A stretch of 60,693 nt of DNA from a virus: IMG/VR virus record IMGVR_UViG_3300029604_000003. The stretch is one strand, 5' to 3'. Positions 9,754 through 18,256 of this stretch are shown here, in pieces. Position 1 is the first letter of the stretch. Every line of letters begins with the position of its first letter. Under the pieces are notes generated by a model. That model did no database searches. It had not been told where the DNA came from and saw only the letters and a list, made by a program, of their open reading frames with translations. Made by a program: the position numbers and the translations under genes.

Positions 9754-10686
9754 TTATCTAATTAACGCAGAAGATTCTACAAATCCTGTATACTTCTTTC
9801 CTTTAATGGTTACAGCACAAAGTAACCATACAGATTTTTTATACTTGCTGAAGTATCCGTAGCATTCAACCTTTCTCCCAGCTGGAATTTCAACCATAAG
9901 CTTTTTGTTCCATCCAGCGTCAATACGCATAGGAGTTTTCTTAGAAGTTTTATATGAGCCCTTATAAAAACAGCTCAAATGTGCTGCATAACAAGTAGTA
10001 GTCGTTATTCCACATGGTGTGTTAATTACTGCATCTACTTCTTTCATAACGGCGTTGACATCATAATGCTTTTCTTTAAGATTCGATTTATAATCTTCTC
10101 CCCATTGACCAGCGATTACTTCTCTTGCTACTGTTTTAACTTCTTTACCGGCATGGCGGTGAGTGCTGGTACTGATCTTTGGCGGATCAGCATCGTATTT
10201 TGGCGTGATGAATCCTCTTATGAATTTGCCATTGATGCTTACCGTTCTCTTCTTAACAGAATCTTTATAATTACCTTCTGTTACGACAAAGTAGCCTTCA
10301 TTCCTATTAACATAGGTAACCATTCCAACATGCTTTGGTGTTCCTTTGTTGTCTCCAACTCCATTATCCTTCCAATCGTAAAGACAAGCATCTCCAATTT
10401 TAGGGATGTAACCATCATTCTCTTTCCAGCAACCAATTTTCTGAGCCTTTTTAATAAGATAATAACAGCTGCACTCAACTGGCATGATATCAGTATATCC
10501 AAGGGCAATTGCTACTGCAGACCAAGTTGTAGCGCACCACGCCATTCCAGGTTTCATAGTAACACCTCTTGGTTTCGTTTTCTGTTTGTTGTAAATATCA
10601 AGAATGGATTTATAAGATCCATCTTTTTCGTTTTTGCCAACCCAAGAATTAATAAGGTTAACAGCCGCTTTTCGTGTTCTGGCCAT
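9754..10686 (-). CDS. CHAP-domain peptidoglycan hydrolase with C-terminal SH3b-like domain (310 aa)
   Basis: Catalytic-type Cys (GMAWCATTWS) and His (PKHVGMVTY) have CHAP/NlpC-P60 spacing. The C-terminal ~65 aa (RIDAGWNKKLMVEIPAGRKVECYGY...KYTGFVESSALI) look SH3b-like. I moved the start to ATG 10686 (AAAGGGGTG RBS), which removes the overlap with the upstream gene. Confidence 0.7.
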   Translation of the reverse strand: MARTRKAAVNLINSWVGKNEKDGSYKSILDIYNKQKTKPRGVTMKPGMAWCATTWSAVAIALGYTDIMPVECSCYYLIKKAQKIGCWKENDGYIPKIGDACLYDWKDNGVGDNKGTPKHVGMVTYVNRNEGYFVVTEGNYKDSVKKRTVSINGKFIRGFITPKYDADPPKISTSTHRHAGKEVKTVAREVIAGQWGEDYKSNLKEKHYDVNAVMKEVDAVINTPCGITTTTCYAAHLSCFYKGSYKTSKKTPMRIDAGWNKKLMVEIPAGRKVECYGYFSKYKKSVWLLCAVTIKGKKYTGFVESSALIR

Positions 10687-10690
10687 ATTA

Positions 10691-11251
10691 TCACCCCTTT
10701 GTATGTAATTCTTTTTTTCTTCGTTCATTTTCTTTCTTTTGCCATCTACGGATTTCTTCATTGGTCATTTTCTTAGGAGGATTTGTTTTTACCGTGTACA
10801 ACTCTATGAGCATAAAAACGCGTCTAATATTCCATTTCTCACAGGGATCAAATGGTATTCTAGCCATAGCTAAGTAAGCATATATTAGCTCGCTTGTTAA
10901 TGTCTCCGGTTTCCCTTTATCGTCATCACCAATTGTAAAAACCCTAGATGCTGTAGCTGGGTCCTCGATATAGTCAATTATTTTTTTAAGTAAACTATCA
11001 TCAAGTCGCTTAAAAAACTCAACCTTATCGAAAGACCCAACTATCATACAGTACATATAATCAAGAAACTCTTCGTCGGTTAGAGTTCCCTCATCCATAG
11101 ATTTCAATAATGGTTTATGCCATACTTGCTCCCATTTTGAAATTGCTATTAGGGAATGCTCGAGCTTAATCTTAGTAGGTTTTACAACCTTCCCAAAAGT
11201 TTGAGTTTCTTGATCAAACGGCTCATATCCAGGAAGAATTAATTCGAGCAT
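10691..11251 (-). CDS. Putative tail assembly chaperone / Gp15-like protein (186 aa)
   Basis: Lies between the tail tube gene and the TMP, with an acidic body and a basic tail. The family assignment rests only on weak recollection. Confidence 0.35.
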   Translation of the reverse strand: MLELILPGYEPFDQETQTFGKVVKPTKIKLEHSLIAISKWEQVWHKPLLKSMDEGTLTDEEFLDYMYCMIVGSFDKVEFFKRLDDSLLKKIIDYIEDPATASRVFTIGDDDKGKPETLTSELIYAYLAMARIPFDPCEKWNIRRVFMLIELYTVKTNPPKKMTNEEIRRWQKKENERRKKELHTKG

Positions 11252-11261
11252 TATTATCTCC

Positions 11262-11768
11262 TTAGTTTGCTTCTTTCACAGCGTCATCTGTAGCTGCTAC
11301 AGATCCTGCTACTTCTGCCATTGCTGCTGAAATCGCCTTTCTCTGAGCATCGCTTAATGTAGCATCGTCATATACTCCGGATTCCGCCGCTTTCTTGATC
11401 TTGTCATTTACTTCGTCAGGCATGATATTAAGCAGAAACTCGGAAGCTTTTGCTTCGTCCATACAAATTTCCATAAAGAACTTGTCATATGCTGCAGTAG
11501 CCTTGAACTCTGCCAGTGCTTCAGGAGTCTTTGTAAATGTACGGCCGTCAAGAGATTTGATTCCGTAAGATGCATCAATAATCTTCTCAAAAAGATTCAT
11601 GATATCCGGCTGAGACTGTTTCTGCACCATAAGGCTCATGTATGATGTTAAGCCCCCGTTAAGGCTTGTTTCCAATTTTAAAATTTCACTCTGAGTAAGA
11701 TTGAAGTAGAAATCTTCAGATCTCTCATTTCCGTCAAAGTCCTTGTAATTGATAGTTTTGATAAGCAT
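11262..11768 (-). CDS. Putative tail assembly chaperone (168 aa, acidic)
   Basis: First gene downstream of the major tail protein unit, in the gpG-like position. Acidic helical protein. Confidence 0.4.
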   Translation of the reverse strand: MLIKTINYKDFDGNERSEDFYFNLTQSEILKLETSLNGGLTSYMSLMVQKQSQPDIMNLFEKIIDASYGIKSLDGRTFTKTPEALAEFKATAAYDKFFMEICMDEAKASEFLLNIMPDEVNDKIKKAAESGVYDDATLSDAQRKAISAAMAEVAGSVAATDDAVKEAN

Positions 11769-11796
11769 AATTTAGTCTCCTTTCATTCTTAAAAAT

Positions 11797-11824
11797 CCCA
11801 GTCTGCATATTTCAGCAGACTAGG
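11797..11824 (-). terminator. Intrinsic-terminator-like hairpin after the major tail gene
   Basis: The minus strand reads CCTAGTCTGC-TGAAATAT-GCAGACTGGG (10-bp stem with one G-U) followed by ATTTTTAA. It lies in the 63-nt gap after the 11832 stop. Confidence 0.55.
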
Positions 11825-11831
11825 AAAAACT

Positions 11832-12251
11832 TTATTCTGTTTTAAGTGTTACGCCTGTAAGTAAGTATTCTTTTGTTTCTGTCGCGCCTTTGTTAGTTGC
11901 TTTAATCAAGATAGACTGCTTATTAGTGTCCTTGATCTTAAGAACTGCCTGATGATCAGACTGGGGAAGTTTAGATGGGCCAGATGTTCCATTTTTAACT
12001 TCAACCGTTAATGATTCAGGGAAACCACTCTTTGGAGCAATGTCAAGAGCGATGTAATTACCACTCTGTTCGTCGACTTTACTGCTGAATCCAGTATAGC
12101 CCGTCACATAGTTAAGAGTACCAGAAATTACTCCAGTACTCTCATTCACCTTGATATTTGACTGAAGGTCAGCTGCCTTCTTGCCAAACAGGTCATCTTC
12201 TCCTGTAATAGGAGTTGCAGAGACGTCCAGTGACGGGTCAGTTATTTTAAA
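11832..12251 (-). CDS. -1 frameshift extension of the major tail protein carrying an Ig-like domain (about 137 aa added)
   Basis: The -1 frame is open from the slippery heptamer at 12245-12251 through to the stop at 11832. It reads ...FKITDPSLDVSATPITGEDDLFGKKAADLQSNIKVNESTGVISGTLNYVTGYTGF... There is no RBS or ATG of its own; the track start at 12149 is a GTG. Confidence 0.6.
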   Translation of the reverse strand, partial: FKITDPSLDVSATPITGEDDLFGKKAADLQSNIKVNESTGVISGTLNYVTGYTGFSSKVDEQSGNYIALDIAPKSGFPESLTVEVKNGTSGPSKLPQSDHQAVLKIKDTNKQSILIKATNKGATETKEYLLTGVTLKTE

Positions 12252-12889
12252 AGTTTAATGATCTCATCTGGAAGAAGCAATTTAGCTTCTGTATCTTCTG
12301 TTCCATACAAAGCATCCTCGATCTTCTTCATCTTGGTAGCTTCGACCTTTGTAGAATCGATCTCTAGGTGCGCTGTTGGCTTAAAGCCATCAACTGTAAC
12401 TGGTGTTGTTGAAAGCTCCCAGCTGAATGAAATTGCCTCTGGGGAATCATTTACTGTCTGGAAGCCTTTCTCGGATGGAGAAGCCTTAGCTCCGTAAATA
12501 ATGTGAATCTTGTAACCATAATCGTTACTCTTTACATCATTGCCGAGCAATGTGCGGTAAGAGAAACCAAATGTGTCTCTGTTCTGCTGACCAATAGTAA
12601 CTCCCTTGGTAATCTCAGCTGTTCCATTACATCTGTCGAATGCTTCCGGATAAGTATAAGCTTCGATTGTAGCTCCAAACTCCTCTGCTGACATAAGGCT
12701 TAGATACTTCATGTTATCAGCATATACAGCAGATGCTTCTGCTCCGGATGGAGATTCTGTAACTGCAGTGAGACCGTTCCATGCAGAACCAGCGCCATAT
12801 TCACCATCAATAACTGGATAAATAACGCCATGATCCACACCGGTCTCGTACTTACGTTCTCCGGTTTTGTCCCATGTTAATTTAGACAT
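12242..12889 (-). CDS. Major tail (tube) protein (215 aa)
   Basis: MSKLTWDKTGERKYETGVDHGVIYPV... resembles siphovirus major tail proteins. It lies between the neck genes and the chaperones and has a strong RBS (AGGAGGAAAAAC). Confidence 0.75.
   Translation of the reverse strand: MSKLTWDKTGERKYETGVDHGVIYPVIDGEYGAGSAWNGLTAVTESPSGAEASAVYADNMKYLSLMSAEEFGATIEAYTYPEAFDRCNGTAEITKGVTIGQQNRDTFGFSYRTLLGNDVKSNDYGYKIHIIYGAKASPSEKGFQTVNDSPEAISFSWELSTTPVTVDGFKPTAHLEIDSTKVEATKMKKIEDALYGTEDTEAKLLLPDEIIKLLK
12245..12251 (-). promoter_or_regulatory. Candidate -1 programmed ribosomal frameshift site T TTA AAA
   Basis: The minus strand reads CTT TTA AAA TAA. This is a canonical X XXY YYZ heptamer in the zero frame, ending immediately before the stop codon of the major tail gene. 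Confidence 0.6.
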
Positions 12890-12901
12890 GTTTTTCCTCC
12901 T

Positions 12902-13237
12902 TTAAAATATAATTACAAAGACCGAATGATACAGTCCATCTGATAAGTAAGATCTGTTAAATCTTGCCGTTGGTATTTCCACTATCTTATCGACTAATGT
13001 GTCATCCGGGTCTTTAGTTACCACTTCTACTGAGTATTCTTTATCAATACTATAGTTCTTGTTATCTGCCGATCGAATATTGTAATCATCGACAGAGTAT
13101 ATTACTGCCGGATATTTGATGTTCTTTATAACTTTTTGCCCAGCACCGGATACATTGGAAGGTGGCTGGAAATATACATTGGCACACTTACCAACAATAT
13201 CTTTTAAATATCTATCGAAGTCAAGTCTCGTCCTCAT
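12902..13237 (-). CDS. Head-tail joining / tail completion candidate (111 aa)
   Basis: Assigned by position only, between the capsid and tail tube genes. Confidence 0.3.
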   Translation of the reverse strand: MRTRLDFDRYLKDIVGKCANVYFQPPSNVSGAGQKVIKNIKYPAVIYSVDDYNIRSADNKNYSIDKEYSVEVVTKDPDDTLVDKIVEIPTARFNRSYLSDGLYHSVFVIIF

Positions 13238-13556
13238 TCCACAGCTCCCCCAATGTTATTATAAGTCTAGGGGCCTGTGAAGCATCAACTTCTGTTGCCT
13301 TCCACTTAGCCCCCATAAACTCAATCCATCTCATGTCAACGAAATGATCACGTATATAGGCATCGCCGATAACACTTATCTGATTAGAGATTGAAATGTT
13401 GTATGAAATCTTCTCTTGCGAATCCTGAAGACGTCTCGTATTACGAAGAATATCTCCTCGATAGATACGTTCCGTTATTTGCTCAGTCCAAACTGATTGA
13501 GCTGTTTCCACCTGTTCAGCAAAGCCGATCTTGCCGTACCATCTATTCACGATCAT
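13221..13556 (-). CDS. Head-tail joining candidate (111 aa)
   Basis: Assigned by position only, immediately downstream of the capsid gene. It overlaps the next gene by 17 nt. Confidence 0.3.
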   Translation of the reverse strand: MIVNRWYGKIGFAEQVETAQSVWTEQITERIYRGDILRNTRRLQDSQEKISYNISISNQISVIGDAYIRDHFVDMRWIEFMGAKWKATEVDASQAPRLIITLGELWNEDET

Positions 13557-13571
13557 TTCCTCCCATTTTGA

Positions 13572-15467
13572 TTAGTTACCGCTGACTCCAGTTCCTGATC
13601 CAGCAGATGCCTTGCTAAGGTCTGCTGTAGGAATTTTTGTCTCGATTGCAATGGCAGATAATGGTTTGATCAGAGCACCAGAGATACGTGTCTCGATAAG
13701 ATACTTCTGAGCGTTGTAGTCGATATCGAAATCATCGAACATGTTAATAGCTCCGCCCTTGTCAGCACCAATGTTGTAATCCTGCAGGTTTACAATAATA
13801 CCCTGAAGAGCTAATGTGTCAGTCTTGTCTACACGGCTAAGACCTTCCATAACTGGAACGGAAACAATCTTAGATACACGGCACGCTGTAGCCAGCTTCT
13901 CGATGTTGTCGTAGATGATACGTCCATTCTTATCCTTCAGCAGTAAGCACTCAGTAATGATTGACTCTGGAGCGAACAGCTTTGGATTACCAGAACCCTT
14001 GTATTCGATACGTGCTCTTACACAAGCCTCAATAAATGCTGTAGCCTTCTCAGCTGCGGTTGACTCTTTTGTGATCGGAATAGCATACTTGATTGTGTAG
14101 AGATCAGCATCTTTCCAAATTGGACGGATATTGTCCTCTTTGATGTGATCGTCGCTGGATGTAAGACGTCCATCACCAACCAGAACTGCTCTTGCGATTT
14201 CCTCGTTTAGCATCATTCTCATTTCTGTTTTCAGCCAAACGATTACGTCGAAATCTGTAATATCAATTACATCATCACGATCAATCTTCTGTTTCTTGTA
14301 GATTGTCTGCGGGGTGGTTGTTCTCTTAAGTAATGAGAACACTTCTTCCTTCTTCAGTTTGCCTTTAATGTAACCTCTTGCACGAGCTTCATCCTCACGC
14401 AGGTCTGCAAATGTAGACTTGATTCTTGAGAATGGCGTGTGATGTACACCGTTCATTACCTCGGTTACCCATCCCTGATCTCTTGCAATGAACTCAGGCG
14501 GTGTGTTTAAGTTTTTGGCATCCGGGAACAGGTACTCAATATTTGTAATACCATGAGCAAGGAATGATTCTTTCATAGAACCATATCTCTTACCGTCCTC
14601 GATAATCTCCTGCATTTCGCTGTGGGACAGAACGTCTCCGTTGTCTGCATTGTTACCTTCGAATAAGTTATGTGCAATTGCACCCATGTCGTCATCCTCC
14701 TCTTCATATTCTTCGGAATCGTCATCATCTTTGTCAGGATCTTCGTCGTCATCTTTGTCAGGATCTTCGTCGTCATCCTCCTCTTCATATTCTTCGGAAT
14801 CGTCGTGATCCTCCTCTTCATCCTCGTCCTCGTATTCATCTTCGTCTTCGAGAGCGTTAGGATCTTCTGCTAATGCACTTCCTACAGCCATGTAGAAAGC
14901 ATCCTTCTGTTCTGGCGTCATTGTATCAACGACATCCTGAATGCTCTTATTATCCACTTCGTCTTCTCCTTTCTCATCTGAGTGCATAATCTCAAGATAC
15001 TCTCCCGAATAAATATATGCCTCATAATCATCATTGTCAATTGTGTCGCCATGTGCTAAGGCAACATCTTCAATGTATGCTCCTGGATTTGCTCCTGCAA
15101 GAACAAGGCTAAGTTCTTTAATTTCACCATGCTGAACATATGGCCCACGCTGCTGAAGATGATTAGCCCAAATGCTAAGCGAATCCATATCTCCGTGCTG
15201 AACAGCATCTTTCGCGATTTGACCATTATCTGAACCGTTGAAATATCCGTACGCATAAATACCATCTTTTCGGCATTCCATATAAGCATGCCCAAGCACG
15301 CCATTAATGTTATCGTGATCATGGTTATACACTAATGGAACTTTAGCGCCATCGATATCATCAAAAGCACCATGCTGAATAATTCTTCCATCAGCGCAAA
15401 GAATACCAAACTTTGTAGCCCAGCCCTTAAAGTCGCAATCGGCATACTTTGAGCGTTTAGCTCCCAT
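13572..15467 (-). CDS. Prohead protease - acidic scaffold-like linker - HK97-type major capsid protein fusion (631 aa)
   Basis: The N-terminal ~140 aa (FKGWATKFGILCADGRIIQHGAFDD..VPLVYNHD) match the HK97-family (S78) prohead protease pattern. Residues 201-260 are almost pure Asp/Glu. The C-terminal ~360 aa sit in the capsid position, and no separate protease, scaffold or capsid gene is present. Confidence 0.7.
   Translation of the reverse strand: MGAKRSKYADCDFKGWATKFGILCADGRIIQHGAFDDIDGAKVPLVYNHDHDNINGVLGHAYMECRKDGIYAYGYFNGSDNGQIAKDAVQHGDMDSLSIWANHLQQRGPYVQHGEIKELSLVLAGANPGAYIEDVALAHGDTIDNDDYEAYIYSGEYLEIMHSDEKGEDEVDNKSIQDVVDTMTPEQKDAFYMAVGSALAEDPNALEDEDEYEDEDEEEDHDDSEEYEEEDDDEDPDKDDDEDPDKDDDDSEEYEEEDDDMGAIAHNLFEGNNADNGDVLSHSEMQEIIEDGKRYGSMKESFLAHGITNIEYLFPDAKNLNTPPEFIARDQGWVTEVMNGVHHTPFSRIKSTFADLREDEARARGYIKGKLKKEEVFSLLKRTTTPQTIYKKQKIDRDDVIDITDFDVIVWLKTEMRMMLNEEIARAVLVGDGRLTSSDDHIKEDNIRPIWKDADLYTIKYAIPITKESTAAEKATAFIEACVRARIEYKGSGNPKLFAPESIITECLLLKDKNGRIIYDNIEKLATACRVSKIVSVPVMEGLSRVDKTDTLALQGIIVNLQDYNIGADKGGAINMFDDFDIDYNAQKYLIETRISGALIKPLSAIAIETKIPTADLSKASAGSGTGVSGN
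14688..14867 (-). repeat. Poly-acidic low-complexity tract with internal direct repeats (capsid fusion linker)
   Basis: The protein reads EDPNALEDEDEYEDEDEEEDHDDSEEYEEEDDDEDPDKDDDEDPDKDDDDSEEYEEEDDD. DNA blocks (cctcctcttcatattcttcggaatcgtc; atctttgtcaggatcttcgtcgtc) each occur twice. Confidence 0.85.
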
Positions 15468-15481
15468 TTTGAATTCCTCCT

Positions 15482-16726
15482 TTATTGTTCTTCTGTTTCC
15501 TCGTCAGCAGAATTTGTATTATACATCTGATCCAATTCAGTGTTCGACGCCGAAATATTATTGTTCGTCAGCGTATCTGCCTTAGGATCATCTACTGGCC
15601 TTAGGCCAATTACTTGACGGAACTCATTGGACGTCATGATACAGTTTCTCGTGAACTTATCAGCAAGCTCTGCAAGATTTGTAGTAGACACCAGTTTGAA
15701 TGGGTCCCTGAAATATTTAATTGCATGCCCTTTGGTCCTAGCAGTCTTTGTTAAGAACTTCCGATTCATCTCATCTACGACTGCTGCAAGTATTGGCTCA
15801 ACTATACTATTGTAGTAGTTATTCATTGTATTCTCGTCTGCTGTGCCATTGAGAATCTCTACCGTCATTCCAAGCTGAGAGAATAACAAATTTGTGAAAT
15901 ACTCTACCTGCTTGAGTAAATTGTTTTCAATCGACCTATTGAGCTGCGTTACATGCTCAGTAGAATCGATGTAAGCAATGCCGTATTCCGAGCTTGCCAA
16001 TTGTTCAGTAAGTTCTTTACGACGTTCTTTAGCCTGAGCTCTCTTTGCTTCGGACTTAATCGTATATGGCAACTGAATAATCAAATCAAGCTTATCAGAT
16101 CCACTTCGATCATCTATGAAATCGAGAATTGCAAGCTTTCTTTTCAGTCGATGTGCCGTTGAATTCTGTGCATTCATAATTGCATAGAATGGATTTTCAA
16201 CGATCGCGACCATTTTCTTTGGAAGGTCCATTTCCTCGAATTCACCAGTGTGATCATTGTAGATTCGCACTCTAACATGGCGCGGATACCAATTGATTAT
16301 CTTTGCTGTACGCATCGTCTGAATATCGTAAACGTTGCCATGCACAGGGTCCATAGTCGTATCAATCGGAACTATAGCAACGCATCCTTCGTCAAGAAGT
16401 TTCAGGAAAATATCCTGTTTAAACGCTCGCGATGTCTGATCAATATTGGCTTCCATTGTTAAACAGTAGTTAAGCCCATCCTCAACGTCGTCAGTAAAGC
16501 GTTTGTCTGCGTCTAGCATGACGTGTTCTACGTCAATTGCTGCGGCATCTACGGATATCTTATTGTAGATCGTTGTAACGATTGACCGCTCATTTCCCAT
16601 CGTAAGTCTAGGACGAGATGGATTGTCATAACTCACTGCGCCAAGACCAGTTCCATTTTGATACGCTGTTGGATCTTTGTTCATAAATGCATTCCAACCA
16701 TGCTTTAATCTGTTCATAAAACCCAT
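15482..16726 (-). CDS. Portal protein candidate (414 aa)
   Basis: Lies between the terminase and capsid genes and has a size compatible with a small portal. The N-terminal pattern ERSIVTTIYNKISVDAAAIDVEHV recalls portal/connector families. Confidence 0.55.
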   Translation of the reverse strand: MGFMNRLKHGWNAFMNKDPTAYQNGTGLGAVSYDNPSRPRLTMGNERSIVTTIYNKISVDAAAIDVEHVMLDADKRFTDDVEDGLNYCLTMEANIDQTSRAFKQDIFLKLLDEGCVAIVPIDTTMDPVHGNVYDIQTMRTAKIINWYPRHVRVRIYNDHTGEFEEMDLPKKMVAIVENPFYAIMNAQNSTAHRLKRKLAILDFIDDRSGSDKLDLIIQLPYTIKSEAKRAQAKERRKELTEQLASSEYGIAYIDSTEHVTQLNRSIENNLLKQVEYFTNLLFSQLGMTVEILNGTADENTMNNYYNSIVEPILAAVVDEMNRKFLTKTARTKGHAIKYFRDPFKLVSTTNLAELADKFTRNCIMTSNEFRQVIGLRPVDDPKADTLTNNNISASNTELDQMYNTNSADEETEEQ

Positions 16727-16737
16727 AAGTAATCTCC

Positions 16738-17691
16738 TTATTTAGTAAGGTAATCCAGATAAGCTTTGCCTGCACGCTTAGCTTTATTGAAAGATCTGCT
16801 TACTTTCTTAGATTTCTTCTTAGCTGATTTGTAAGCTTTGCTGGCATCTCTAGAAACTCTATTGTATTCTTTCTTAGCTGACTTATATGCCTTGTTAACA
16901 TTCTTCTTTGCCGATGTTACATAAGGTTTAGCATCATTGGCAAGCTTCTGACCAGCTCGTTCAATTTTGTACTCTGCCTTTGATCTGACAGAATTTGCCT
17001 TATTGCGTGCTTCTGCAGAAGTCATTGCACGGTCTCTAGCAGTTGACGTAGCTTTTCTTACTTTCTTATATGCACCAGTCTTCTTAACATCACGAGCAAG
17101 TTTCTGTCCAGCTCTGGTAACTTTGTACTCACCCTTTGAAATTACAGACTTTGCTTTTGCCCTTGCAGCGTTTGCTGTTGGGGATTTTGAAGCTTTATCC
17201 AGAAGATATCTTGCTGCTACTGTCTTTGCAACTGCATCTCTGGTCGCTACCTTTTTAGCAAAGTTTGCTGCTTTCTTAACTTTTGTTGAAGGGGCATTCT
17301 GTTTCTTAACATTGGCTGCAATTTGTTTCATCTGTCGGTCCTGCTTCTTCTTTACCATATCAGCATTCTTCTTAGCTACAGTATGAGCATTCATTGCTCT
17401 GACACGTTTTTGGAAATCTTTTTCTTTTTGGACCTTCTGTGCTGCAATTGCATCTGTTGGACCTTTATAAGGTATATTCTTTTTTGCTTGATTAGCGGCA
17501 TTGTTCTTATAACGAAGCTTTTGCATTGCTTGCCGCCTCTGTATTAATACAGCATTTTTTTGTGCTGCTTCATCTTCAGGATAAATATATCTACCGTTCT
17601 CGATACGAATATATTTATGATTTTTCCAGCTATGTTTGAGAACGGTGTTTCCGTCCTCATCGGTGGCCTTGTAATATACAGAATTACTCAT
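16738..17691 (-). CDS. Highly basic Lys/Ala-rich repeat protein with degenerate HxY..R..GRY motif (317 aa)
   Basis: The N-terminus VYYKATDEDGNTVLKHSWKNHKYIRIENGRYIYPED aligns with the N-terminus of the adjacent 178-aa protein. The rest is K/A/R-rich with an internal duplication (KGEYKVTRAGQKLARD / KAEYKIERAGQKLAND). Confidence 0.6.
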   Translation of the reverse strand: MSNSVYYKATDEDGNTVLKHSWKNHKYIRIENGRYIYPEDEAAQKNAVLIQRRQAMQKLRYKNNAANQAKKNIPYKGPTDAIAAQKVQKEKDFQKRVRAMNAHTVAKKNADMVKKKQDRQMKQIAANVKKQNAPSTKVKKAANFAKKVATRDAVAKTVAARYLLDKASKSPTANAARAKAKSVISKGEYKVTRAGQKLARDVKKTGAYKKVRKATSTARDRAMTSAEARNKANSVRSKAEYKIERAGQKLANDAKPYVTSAKKNVNKAYKSAKKEYNRVSRDASKAYKSAKKKSKKVSRSFNKAKRAGKAYLDYLTK

Positions 17692-17714
17692 ATTACCATC
17701 CTTTCTGTTTCTTT

Positions 17715-18251
17715 TTAAGTTTTTTGAACGTATTTTGCACCACGGATAGAAGCTAACTCAGCATCTACCGCTTTCTTCTTTTCTGCAGTTCTGCTTGTAC
17801 GCCGTTTGATTGCTTCAGCCTTCCTGGTGTACTTAGCAGCTTTCTTTCCATAACGGTTCGCTTTCTTCCGAGCTCGTTCGGCTTTTTGAAGATTTCCGGT
17901 ATACCCAATATCTGTAATAGCGTGGTCACGCTTAACACGTTTTGCCTCTTCCTTTTCTTTGAACTTGACTCTTTTAGTCATAGCTTCTGAAGCTTTTCGT
18001 TCGTAATCAGATATACGTGACTTTGTCTTCTGAGAAGTTTGTTTCTTCATCTTAGATGCAAGTCGATCCGATTTTGACTCTAGATGCGATGCTCTTCTTC
18101 CAGAATGCTGATACGGATCTTTTCCCGATCCATACTTGTAACGGCCAGACCGCCTTGGCAGTCCATAATGTTCCAGATGGTCACCGCCTAAGCCCGAATG
18201 AACTAACGAAAACGTGCCATCGTCATTCTTTATTTTTACATACATAACCAT
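17715..18251 (-). CDS. Basic protein with HYGLPRRSGRYKYGSGKDPYQ motif (178 aa)
   Basis: The motif is read at aa 28-47, and the remainder is Lys/Arg-rich. The gene lies immediately downstream of TerL. Confidence 0.6.
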   Translation of the reverse strand: MVMYVKIKNDDGTFSLVHSGLGGDHLEHYGLPRRSGRYKYGSGKDPYQHSGRRASHLESKSDRLASKMKKQTSQKTKSRISDYERKASEAMTKRVKFKEKEEAKRVKRDHAITDIGYTGNLQKAERARKKANRYGKKAAKYTRKAEAIKRRTSRTAEKKKAVDAELASIRGAKYVQKT

Positions 18252-18256
18252 TACTC

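Noticed and set aside
10691-11768. Canonical gpG/gpGT-type frameshift between the two chaperone-position genes
   Set aside because: The two ORFs are separated by a stop and a 10-nt gap with an RBS for the second gene. I saw no slippery heptamer near the end of 11262-11768, so they are treated as separate genes.
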